Positions 47,627-55,464 of a stretch of 64,000 bases of DNA are shown in pieces; position 1 is the first letter of the stretch; each line of letters opens with the position of its first letter. The position numbers and the translations under genes are program-made. The stretch comes from an uncultured Gammaproteobacteria bacterium (GTDB lineage: Bacteria > Patescibacteriota > Microgenomatia > Levybacterales > UBA12049): positions 52,060-116,059 of the forward strand of contig CAYQEE010000005.1 in the NCBI GenBank assembly GCA_964416445.1, given 5' to 3'. The notes below the pieces were generated by a model that did not search any database, was not told where the DNA came from, and saw only the letters and a program-made list of their open reading frames with translations.

Positions 47627-47791
47627 ATGGAAACAAAAATTGCTTGTCATGATTGTTTTCAAATTATATGTAAGCAGTGTGGCTGGATTGCCACACCGGA
47701 AGATGTTATAATGATTCAACAAGGAAAGGTGACTGCTTGTCCTCTCTGTGGATGGAAACCACAACCATCACAAGAAAAGCGTACATTATAA
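47627..47791 (+). CDS. 54-aa zinc-ribbon microprotein (not in the ORF track)
   Basis: METKIACHDCFQIICKQCGWIATPEDVIMIQQGKVTACPLCGWKPQPSQEKRTL; three CxxC motifs. Confidence 0.7.
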   Translation: METKIACHDCFQIICKQCGWIATPEDVIMIQQGKVTACPLCGWKPQPSQEKRTL

Positions 47792-47840
47792 ACATTTTGT
47801 AAGGATTATTTCATTGTCATAGATTCTGCAAGATGGTATC

Positions 47841-48431
47841 ATGAATCATATGGGTACAACAACAAACCAGCAAGATCAATCGAATCAAACATCGCAAGGG
47901 AATACTATTGTTGAATTTCCTGATTTCAATACTGTTGCTAAAACACCAACGACACATCCCCTTGGACCAATGCCAGTAGTAAAAACTCCAACTCCAACTC
48001 CAACTCCAACTCCAACTCCAACTCCAACTCCAACTCCAACTAGTCAACCTACGAGCAGTTCAATTCAGAAGGAACTCGAACCAATGCCATCATTGATAGC
48101 AAAACCTGACATAATACACGAAACTGAACATGTTGTTGAGCTTGTTCCAGAAGTGAAAGCAGCAGGAGTGGAAGCTGTTTCAACTATTCCACAGTTAACA
48201 TTAGAAGAAAAAAAGATTGGTGTAGAATTAGCAAAGGAAGCAGCATTAGAGGAAAAGAAATTAGAGCCTGATTTAAAAGCACCAATATCAAAAATGGAGG
48301 CAGAAAAAATAACGAAAGGACAATTACTCTTTAAGGATACTTCAAATCCCATGTTGTGGCTAGCGATGCTTCTTTTGAGACAGATTCAAATTTTAACTAG
48401 ACAAAAACAGTCTAAAGAGAAAAAAATATGA
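47841..48431 (+). CDS. Hypothetical protein with a (TP)9 linker and a C-terminal amphipathic helix
   Basis: 196 aa; 'PMLWLAMLLLRQIQ'; ATGA overlap with the downstream ATPase. Confidence 0.75.
   Translation: MNHMGTTTNQQDQSNQTSQGNTIVEFPDFNTVAKTPTTHPLGPMPVVKTPTPTPTPTPTPTPTPTPTSQPTSSSIQKELEPMPSLIAKPDIIHETEHVVELVPEVKAAGVEAVSTIPQLTLEEKKIGVELAKEAALEEKKLEPDLKAPISKMEAEKITKGQLLFKDTSNPMLWLAMLLLRQIQILTRQKQSKEKKI
47985..48041 (+). repeat. Perfect hexanucleotide tandem repeat (ACTCCA)x9.5 encoding Thr-Pro
   Basis: Read directly from the sequence. Confidence 0.95.
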
Positions 48432-50806
48432 TACCTGATCAATTATTTACCCCACAGGGGATGATAACCCTTTTTACTATTTTATCCGTCATTATTCTTA
48501 GTACTGTAGGAATTGGATTTTTGCTAATTTTTGGAGGATATTTACTCTTCTTGTATTATAAATATCGAGATCGAGAAAAAATCTCATTAGAGTCGACGCT
48601 CCTGTTAGTTGCGTTACCTCGAGATAATGAAATTAAAATAGATGCCGCAGAGCAAATGTTTGCTGGATTTGCTTCTATTCGTAAAAGCGGCAGGTTTGCA
48701 TTTCTTAATCCGCAACCACATATTTCCTTTGAAATCGTAGGGACACCTGGTGACATTCGGTTCTATGTTCATACGCCAAATAAATTACGTGATTTAGTAG
48801 AAAAGCAAATTAACGGAACGTATCCTGAAGCTGATATCCGTGTAGTTACTGCCGATGATCCGAAACAAAAAAATATCATTGGCAATGAATATAACTTCTT
48901 TAATGAAAACGGTAAAGTCGCATTTGCTCCTCTTAAATTAAAAGGTGCTTCGTATTCTCCGATTCGAATCTTTAAAGATTTGCCGGTAGATGGGTTATCC
49001 CTTATCACTTCAGTACTTGCAAAAATGGGTGAGGGAGAAGGCGCTGCCATCCAGATTCTTGTAAGTCCAGCAGATCCGAAATGGAAGAAATTAGGGCGAA
49101 AGTTTATTGCACGAACAAAAAAAGCAGAGTCAAATCCCGAAACAGCAAAATATGCAACAGATCCAAAAGAATTAGAGGGAATTGAAAATAAAATTAGTAA
49201 ACCAGGATTTAATGTTACCATTCGTGTTGTTGTTTGCTCTCCTAATAAAGAAATGGCTGATGCTCATTTAAGCAACATCCTGAGTGCTTATGGACAATTT
49301 AATGCAGCAAACTCATTTAAAAAAATGAAACCATTGTTAAAGAATTTGCTTGTCAAAGATTTTGTCTATCGTTTCTGGCCAATGCGCGGACAAACGTCTA
49401 TTATGACCAGTGAAGAGCTAGCAACAATTTTTCATTTCCCCAATAAAAGTATTACCACTCCTCAAATTTTTTGGTTAACTTCAAAGAGAGCACCTGCTCC
49501 TGCACAGATCTCAACTACTGGACTATATATTGGGAAAAGTATTTTTAGAGGTATTACAAAACCTGTTCATATTGGTCTGGATGATCGACGTCGGCATATG
49601 TATATTATCGGAAAAACAGGTACTGGAAAATCCGAGTTTTTGAAAGATATGATCCTGCAGGATATCCAAAATGGGGAGGGAGTTTGTGTAATTGATCCTC
49701 ACGGTGATTTAGTTGAAGGAATTCTTCCTCGAGTTCCTGCAAAGCGCGCTGAAGATGTTATTATTTTTGACCCTTCTGATACTTCTCGTCCAATGGGGTT
49801 AAATATTATGGAGGCTGATACTGAAGAACAACGACATTATGTCGTATCGTCCATTATTGGGCTATTTTATAAGTTATATGATCCAAACAATACTGGTATT
49901 GTTGGTCCTCGTTTAGAGCATGGTATTCGAAATGCAATGTTAACATGTATGTGTGAACCTGGTTCTACTTTTATTGAGGTCCAACGCGCATTGACAGATT
50001 CTGCTTTTGTACAAGAGATTCTCCCGAAGGTCACGGATCCAATTATCCGTAGATATTGGACAGATCAAATAGCGCAAACAAGCGACTTCCACAAATCGGA
50101 GGTACTTGACTATATTGTCTCTAAATTCGGTCGTTTTGTTACCAATAAGTTGATGCGTAATATTATTGGTCAATCGAAAAGTGCTTTTCAGTTCAGAGAG
50201 ATTATGGATCAACAAAAAATACTATTAGTTAATTTATCAAAAGGAAAAGTTGGAGAGGAAAACTCTAACTTTCTTGGATTGATTCTCGTTCCAAAGATTC
50301 TTGTTGCTGCAATGAGTAGACAAGATATTCCGCAAGATCAACGTAAAGACTTTTTCCTCTATGTTGATGAATTTCAGAATTTTGCAACACCTGATTTTGC
50401 CGTTATTCTTTCAGAAGCTCGTAAATATCGATTAAATCTTATTGTTGCAAATCAGTTTACTGGACAGATGCAGGAAGAAGTTAAAAATGCTGTTTTTGGT
50501 AACGTTGGATCCATTGTCTCCTTCCGTGTCGGTGTTCAGGATGCAAACTATTTACAACACGAGTTTCAACCCACCTTTAATGAGGGAGATTTAATTAACA
50601 TAGATAGATATAACGCGTATATGCGAACTCTTGTCAATGGAGAACCAGTGAGTCCTTTCTCTGTCGATATGACGCGAGATATGACAAAAGAAAAAGCATT
50701 GGAAAATCCTCGAATCGCAGAATTAATCAAAGAGCTCTCTCGATTGAAATACGCGAAAGACGTTAAACAAGTTGAGGTTGAAATTTCCACTCGTGCAAAA
50801 CTTTAA
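48428..50806 (+). CDS. VirD4/TraD-like coupling-protein ATPase (CPR type)
   Basis: N-terminal TM; Walker A 'GKTGTGKS'; 'IDPHGDL'; Walker B 'LYVDEFQNF'; 'LSEARKY', 'ANQF'. Confidence 0.88.
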   Translation: MIPDQLFTPQGMITLFTILSVIILSTVGIGFLLIFGGYLLFLYYKYRDREKISLESTLLLVALPRDNEIKIDAAEQMFAGFASIRKSGRFAFLNPQPHISFEIVGTPGDIRFYVHTPNKLRDLVEKQINGTYPEADIRVVTADDPKQKNIIGNEYNFFNENGKVAFAPLKLKGASYSPIRIFKDLPVDGLSLITSVLAKMGEGEGAAIQILVSPADPKWKKLGRKFIARTKKAESNPETAKYATDPKELEGIENKISKPGFNVTIRVVVCSPNKEMADAHLSNILSAYGQFNAANSFKKMKPLLKNLLVKDFVYRFWPMRGQTSIMTSEELATIFHFPNKSITTPQIFWLTSKRAPAPAQISTTGLYIGKSIFRGITKPVHIGLDDRRRHMYIIGKTGTGKSEFLKDMILQDIQNGEGVCVIDPHGDLVEGILPRVPAKRAEDVIIFDPSDTSRPMGLNIMEADTEEQRHYVVSSIIGLFYKLYDPNNTGIVGPRLEHGIRNAMLTCMCEPGSTFIEVQRALTDSAFVQEILPKVTDPIIRRYWTDQIAQTSDFHKSEVLDYIVSKFGRFVTNKLMRNIIGQSKSAFQFREIMDQQKILLVNLSKGKVGEENSNFLGLILVPKILVAAMSRQDIPQDQRKDFFLYVDEFQNFATPDFAVILSEARKYRLNLIVANQFTGQMQEEVKNAVFGNVGSIVSFRVGVQDANYLQHEFQPTFNEGDLINIDRYNAYMRTLVNGEPVSPFSVDMTRDMTKEKALENPRIAELIKELSRLKYAKDVKQVEVEISTRAKL

Positions 50807-50849
50807 CTTTTCTTTCGTATTCGCTTTTGCTACAATGCAGATTACTTGA

Positions 50850-50922
50850 GGGCCAGTAGTTCAGCGGCTAGAACATCTATCTTATACATAGAATGTCGAA
50901 GGTTCGAGTCCTCCCTGGCCCA
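50850..50922 (+). tRNA. tRNA-Ile(TAT)
   Basis: GGGCCAG/CTGGCCC acceptor; discriminator A; anticodon arm TCTAT-CTTATAC-ATAGA; T-loop TTCGAGT; TGCTACAAT promoter upstream. Confidence 0.9.
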
Positions 50923-50988
50923 CATGTCAAATTATTTTATTGCAATTATTGAGAAATATATCTGCTCATTTTGTTATACTAATTACCA

Positions 50989-51360
50989 ATGATCACTGAT
51001 ATTTCCTCTGTTATTATCTGGTCAGAAGATTATAAAAAACTTGCAGCATGGTATAAAGAGAAGCTTGCATTACCAATGGGAATGGAATTAACTCATCCGC
51101 AAGATACAGCAATACAGTTTCAAGTTGGAAAAACACGATTATGGATTGGGCAACATTCACAAGTAAAAGGGAAAAACAGAGATAGTCATCGTATTATGAT
51201 TAATTTTGTTGTTGATTCAGTAAGTAAAACGTACCAGTCTTTATCCCAAAAAGGTGTTGTATTCGTAGCGACACCGTTTAAAGCACCAACGCTTGAGAAG
51301 TATTTTGCAACTTTTTATGATTTAGATAAGAATATTTTGCAGATTGTCGGGGGAGAATAG
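50989..51360 (+). CDS. VOC/glyoxalase-family protein
   Basis: 'WYKEKL', 'INFVVD', 'KGV.F', 'ATFYDLDKN'. Confidence 0.8.
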   Translation: MITDISSVIIWSEDYKKLAAWYKEKLALPMGMELTHPQDTAIQFQVGKTRLWIGQHSQVKGKNRDSHRIMINFVVDSVSKTYQSLSQKGVVFVATPFKAPTLEKYFATFYDLDKNILQIVGGE

Positions 51361-51364
51361 AAGA

Positions 51365-51574
51365 ATGATCATGAATGAAGAAATGCACGATAAGAAAGGC
51401 TTACAACAAAATGCAAAATCTGTACGTTTCTATTCATGGCTTGAAATGATATCAATTGGTCTTGGAGTTTTAGGGATTGGTCTGCTTATTGCAATTCTTG
51501 GCTATGTGCTGGTAACATTCCGCACGAGTCCTTCGTCCTCAGTAACGCATCCTTCGCCAACTATACAGAGATAA
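51365..51574 (+). CDS. Small single-TM protein
   Basis: One TM helix; GGGAG SD upstream; exact start uncertain. Confidence 0.5.
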   Translation: MIMNEEMHDKKGLQQNAKSVRFYSWLEMISIGLGVLGIGLLIAILGYVLVTFRTSPSSSVTHPSPTIQR

Positions 51575-51621
51575 TCATATTATCCGTTTGTTACTGCACT
51601 AAAATTCGCTATAATAACCAA

Positions 51622-52308
51622 ATGAGTAAATTAGTGTCTGAACGCTCGTATCGACATATCGATACAATCACAGGGCTTTTTGTTGCTGTTCTCCTTATTG
51701 CAAATATTATATCAAGTAAAATTATTCATATTGGTATTTTCCCCTTTACCGGAGGAATTGTTATTTTCCCACTGAGTTATATCTTTGGTGATATTCTTAC
51801 TGAAGTATATGGGTATAAAAGATCAAGAAAAGTAATTTGGCTTGGTTTTGCATGCAATATTCTTATGGCAATTGTTCTCATTATTGTCGGTGTGTTACCA
51901 TCTGCTCCTCAATGGCATGATCAAACTTCCTACGAAAGGATTCTTGGGCAAACTCCTCGAATTGTTCTCGCTTCTCTTCTTGGATATTTTGCAGGTGAAT
52001 TTAGTAATTCTTTTGTTTTGGCAAAAATGAAAATAATGACGAATGGAAAATGGCTATGGAGTAGAACGATAGGATCAACAATTATTGGAGAACTTCTTGA
52101 TACGATAATTTTTATTTGTGTTGCTTTCTGGGGAATACTTCCTCTAAGTTTGTTAGTGATGGTAATTGTGTCAAATTATATTGTAAAGACACTCATTGAA
52201 GTTATTCTTACTCCTATTACGTATGCAATTGTTTATTGGTTGAAGAAAATTGAACAAGAAGATTACTTTGATACAAATACAGATTTCAATCCTTTTCTTT
52301 TGAAATAA
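51622..52308 (+). CDS. yhhQ: Queuosine precursor transporter (YhhQ/COG1738)
   Basis: 'FPLSYIFGDILTEVYG', 'RIVLASL..YFAGEF', 'W.RTIGST..GE..DT'. Confidence 0.9.
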   Translation: MSKLVSERSYRHIDTITGLFVAVLLIANIISSKIIHIGIFPFTGGIVIFPLSYIFGDILTEVYGYKRSRKVIWLGFACNILMAIVLIIVGVLPSAPQWHDQTSYERILGQTPRIVLASLLGYFAGEFSNSFVLAKMKIMTNGKWLWSRTIGSTIIGELLDTIIFICVAFWGILPLSLLVMVIVSNYIVKTLIEVILTPITYAIVYWLKKIEQEDYFDTNTDFNPFLLK

Positions 52309-52717
52309 GGTAAGTGTTATGATTTTTATCCCAATGATATTTCGCATCTATGGCAATACCGCCACGAACATTAAAGTGAACAGTAACATCAACTGCTAAG
52401 GGTTTTACAAACGTTATAAAATCTTGTGCTATATCAATAGCGAGATGCTCATGAAAGACTCCTTCATTCCGATAGGTTTCTAAGTATAATTTGAATGATT
52501 TTGATTCAACAATGTAGCCGTCAGGAACATAAATGATATCTATTGTTGCATAATCTGGTTGTTTTGTCATAGGACAGAGGCACGTAAACTCTTTACAGAA
52601 AAGGGTAACGGTGAGGCTCCCAGGTGCATGGTTTGGAAATACCTCAAGTGTCCGTGAAGGAATTGCTGGCTTTCCTAATTTTTTTAATGTTTCTAAGTCC
52701 TTTTTTGTTGTTGGCAT
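52286..52717 (-). CDS. queF: NADPH-dependent 7-cyano-7-deazaguanine reductase
   Basis: 'EFTCLCPMTKQPD', QueF motif 'ESKSFKLY', 'FHE', 'RGGI'. Confidence 0.92.
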   Translation of the reverse strand: MPTTKKDLETLKKLGKPAIPSRTLEVFPNHAPGSLTVTLFCKEFTCLCPMTKQPDYATIDIIYVPDGYIVESKSFKLYLETYRNEGVFHEHLAIDIAQDFITFVKPLAVDVTVHFNVRGGIAIDAKYHWDKNHNTYLISKEKD

Positions 52718-52841
52718 TGTGGTATTATACCATAGGAATATGCATGTACTGGATTGCATACTAATGACTTGTCATTTCTTTACAATCCCAAAAAATTGAT
52801 TTATACTGCGATTCACAGAAGATAATTTGCTAAGAATATCT

Positions 52842-53549
52842 ATGGATAAACGAATTATACTTGGAATTGGGGCTCATCCTGATGATATTGATTTTACGGC
52901 AGCAGGTTCAATAGCAAAATGGGTGAAGGAAGGTGCAAAAGCATATTATCTTATTGCCACTGATGGAAGTAGAGGCTCTGAGGATCCTCATATGACTCAC
53001 GAAGCACTCATTTCTCTCCGCAGGAAAGAACAAGAAGACGCTGCAAAGATTATCGGAGTGAGCGATATCTTCTTTTTATCGCATACAGATACGCAGCTAG
53101 AAGCAAATGCGGTGCTACAAGAAGAAATCGTGCGGTATATTCGCAAACTAAAACCAACCACTGTCATAACAATGAATCCCACATTCTTTTTTAAAGCAGA
53201 TCGAGAACCTGGATTTATTAACCACACTGATCATCGTGCCATAGGTCTTGCAACAATGGATTCAGTATTTCCCTTAGCTCGTGATCGGTTAACTTTCCAT
53301 CACCATGAAAAAGAAGGACTTAAACCACATAAAGTAAAAGAATTACTTTTTATGAACTTAGATAAACCGGAATATGTTGTTGATATTACTCCAACCTTTG
53401 CTATAAAAATCGCTGCCTTAAAAGCGCATGCAAGCCAATTTCCTGATTTTGTTTTAGTAAAAAAAAGGATTGCGGAGCGTGCCCAATTTTATGGGAAAAC
53501 GAAAGGCTTTACTTATGGAGAAAATTTTACTCGTATTATCTTAGCTTGA
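52842..53549 (+). CDS. PIG-L family deacetylase
   Basis: 'AHPDD', 'RRKEQ', 'HTDH', 'HASQ'. Confidence 0.9.
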   Translation: MDKRIILGIGAHPDDIDFTAAGSIAKWVKEGAKAYYLIATDGSRGSEDPHMTHEALISLRRKEQEDAAKIIGVSDIFFLSHTDTQLEANAVLQEEIVRYIRKLKPTTVITMNPTFFFKADREPGFINHTDHRAIGLATMDSVFPLARDRLTFHHHEKEGLKPHKVKELLFMNLDKPEYVVDITPTFAIKIAALKAHASQFPDFVLVKKRIAERAQFYGKTKGFTYGENFTRIILA

Positions 53550-53551
53550 AC

Positions 53552-54412
53552 TTATAGTTCTGTAAGATGGGTTGTTTCTTTTCCTCGTTCTTTTACGTAT
53601 TCTAAGTATCGTTCTGTTGTAGAAAGTCGTTTATGGCCGACTACTTTAGAGAGTAAAATGAGAGATACCCCATGTTTTAAATGATGAGCAATAAAGGTAT
53701 GGCGAAGATCGTTTACTTTGGCATTTTTAATTTCTGCTAACCGGAAATAACGTTCTACTGCAGTTCGAATATTTCGAATAAGGAATGGTCTTCCTGATTT
53801 TGTGACAAAAACATGATCATCTTGTACTTGTGGACGAATTTTAAGATATCGTTCCAATGCTTCCTTTGCTGATGCATTGAGAGGGACGATTCTTTCTTCA
53901 TGTTTTTCCATTGGACGAATTCGAATTCCTTCAGGAAGAAGGTCGTCTAATCGAAGTTCAGCTAATTCTCCAATACGAATGCCTGTTTGAAGCAATAATT
54001 GAATAACGGCATACATACGGGCATCTTTGCGACTTGCATCTCGAAGTGCTCGATATTCTGTTGGAGTAAGGATTCTCGGTGCTCCTAGTTGATATTGTGG
54101 ATGAGAAATAAGTAACGATGGATCGTCGGTAACGAATTCATTTACCTTTAAGAAGCGATAGAAGGTACGAGTAGAGTTGATTTTTCGGGATATTGATTTT
54201 GGTGTATAACCATCTTTTGTCATTTTTGCTAAAAATGATTCGATATCATCTTTGGTGATATCATGGACATTTTCTTTTCGAAGTTCTTCAAGGAAATTGA
54301 TGAGTTGGGCAATATCTTTCCCGTATGCTACAATGGTTGCATTCGAGCGACTTTTTGTTTTTAAATAGTTTTTAAACTGCTCGTGGGCATCTCTGAGCTT
54401 AACTGTGTTCAT
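53552..54412 (-). CDS. XerC/XerD-like tyrosine recombinase
   Basis: SAM-like N-domain; 'TGIRIGE', 'NDLRHTF', 'VGH', 'TTERY'. Confidence 0.88.
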   Translation of the reverse strand: MNTVKLRDAHEQFKNYLKTKSRSNATIVAYGKDIAQLINFLEELRKENVHDITKDDIESFLAKMTKDGYTPKSISRKINSTRTFYRFLKVNEFVTDDPSLLISHPQYQLGAPRILTPTEYRALRDASRKDARMYAVIQLLLQTGIRIGELAELRLDDLLPEGIRIRPMEKHEERIVPLNASAKEALERYLKIRPQVQDDHVFVTKSGRPFLIRNIRTAVERYFRLAEIKNAKVNDLRHTFIAHHLKHGVSLILLSKVVGHKRLSTTERYLEYVKERGKETTHLTEL

Positions 54413-54454
54413 AAACTGTGATCCTATAATACCACAAATTGAGGGTAAGAGTCA

Positions 54455-54796
54455 ATGAAAAGAATTATTTTCGCATTTATCATCCTTTTTGCCTTAGCTT
54501 CTATTGTAAGCTCAGTAAGTTCAATCTACCAACTTCTCCATAAACGAGATCTCCTAATAGCTGCTCAGCAAGCCTTGGAGAGAGTACAGAAACAGAATGT
54601 TGGACTTAAAAATAGGCTCAAAATTGTGTCTGGACCAGGCTTTATTGAAGAAGAAGCTCGGAATAAGCTCTACTTTGTAAAACCTGGGGAAAGTACTGTA
54701 TATATCGCGAAAAACCTTGTTGTCCCGAAGATTGTGAAAGTACAAAAACCCCAAGAAAAAACCAATTGGCAGCAATGGATAGACCTCTTTTTATAG
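54455..54796 (+). CDS. ftsB: FtsB/DivIC septum formation initiator
   Basis: TM helix + coiled coil + 'FIEEEARNKL..VKPGE'. Confidence 0.8.
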   Translation: MKRIIFAFIILFALASIVSSVSSIYQLLHKRDLLIAAQQALERVQKQNVGLKNRLKIVSGPGFIEEEARNKLYFVKPGESTVYIAKNLVVPKIVKVQKPQEKTNWQQWIDLFL

Positions 54797-54826
54797 TAAA
54801 AATGTCAGATATTTTAGTGGAAAAAG

Positions 54827-55444
54827 CTATTTTTGCAGGAGTTTTTGGTAATAGGCATCCTGATAAGGAAAATAGGAAAAGGTATTTTGAGTTGTACCCA
54901 AATAGCCTAGATAATGGTTGGCAACAAAGACATAATTTTCTGCATTCCACATCTGCATATCGGTATCGGTGCCAAGCGTGACTCGTTGACGGTCAAGGGT
55001 ATAGGCGTGCGAATTATCATAAAAATTGATGGTACATGGCTTTTTACAAAGGTTTTTCTTTAAATAGAGGGCAGTTTTCTGCAGGGTAGATTGTGAAGTG
55101 TCAGCGGAGGTATAAAGGTAATAATAGTTCTCTAATTGTTGGAATTCTTCGTGCTCTAATTGACGAAACTGCTCATTTTTGTTGGGTAACGTGTTTGGGT
55201 ATGCTGATGCAATCTGTTCATCCTGAACAAGCATATCATTTGGTTGAGGGAGAATATGTTGATGAATAAACACAAGCAGAAACCCATAAAAGATGCCCGT
55301 CATGAGCGAAAAAATAAGTCGAGAGAGGTTACTTCTGGGAGGGAGTTGTAAATACGCATTCAGCTGTTTTTTGTGCTTATAACTATAATAGATGCCAAAT
55401 TGAAGAACCGTAAGCATACAAATTGTTAAAAGTACGTATAGCAT
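54827..55444 (-). CDS. Membrane-anchored hypothetical protein
   Basis: Two N-terminal TM helices; soluble domain with CxxxC. Confidence 0.6.
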   Translation of the reverse strand: MLYVLLTICMLTVLQFGIYYSYKHKKQLNAYLQLPPRSNLSRLIFSLMTGIFYGFLLVFIHQHILPQPNDMLVQDEQIASAYPNTLPNKNEQFRQLEHEEFQQLENYYYLYTSADTSQSTLQKTALYLKKNLCKKPCTINFYDNSHAYTLDRQRVTLGTDTDMQMWNAENYVFVANHYLGYLGTTQNTFSYFPYQDAYYQKLLQK

Positions 55445-55464
55445 AGAATTTATTATATTGTTAA

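Noticed and set aside
47817-48047. Antisense ORF with (WS)n, and the VG/HQ/TN-repeat ORFs around 56700-57250
   Set aside because: These are shadow frames of the Pro-Thr hexanucleotide repeats.
48428-50806. VirD4-like gene as evidence of a conjugative element or plasmid
   Set aside because: No relaxase, oriT or virB cluster is adjacent; such ATPases are common chromosomal genes in CPR.
51575-51621. preQ1 riboswitch ahead of yhhQ or queF
   Set aside because: No preQ1 stem/A-tract consensus; both genes have a -10 box 6 nt before the ATG, leaving no leader.
50850-54412. Integrative element bounded by tRNA-Ile and the tyrosine recombinase
   Set aside because: No duplicated tRNA 3' end (att) was seen, the cargo is housekeeping-like, and the recombinase is a short Xer type.
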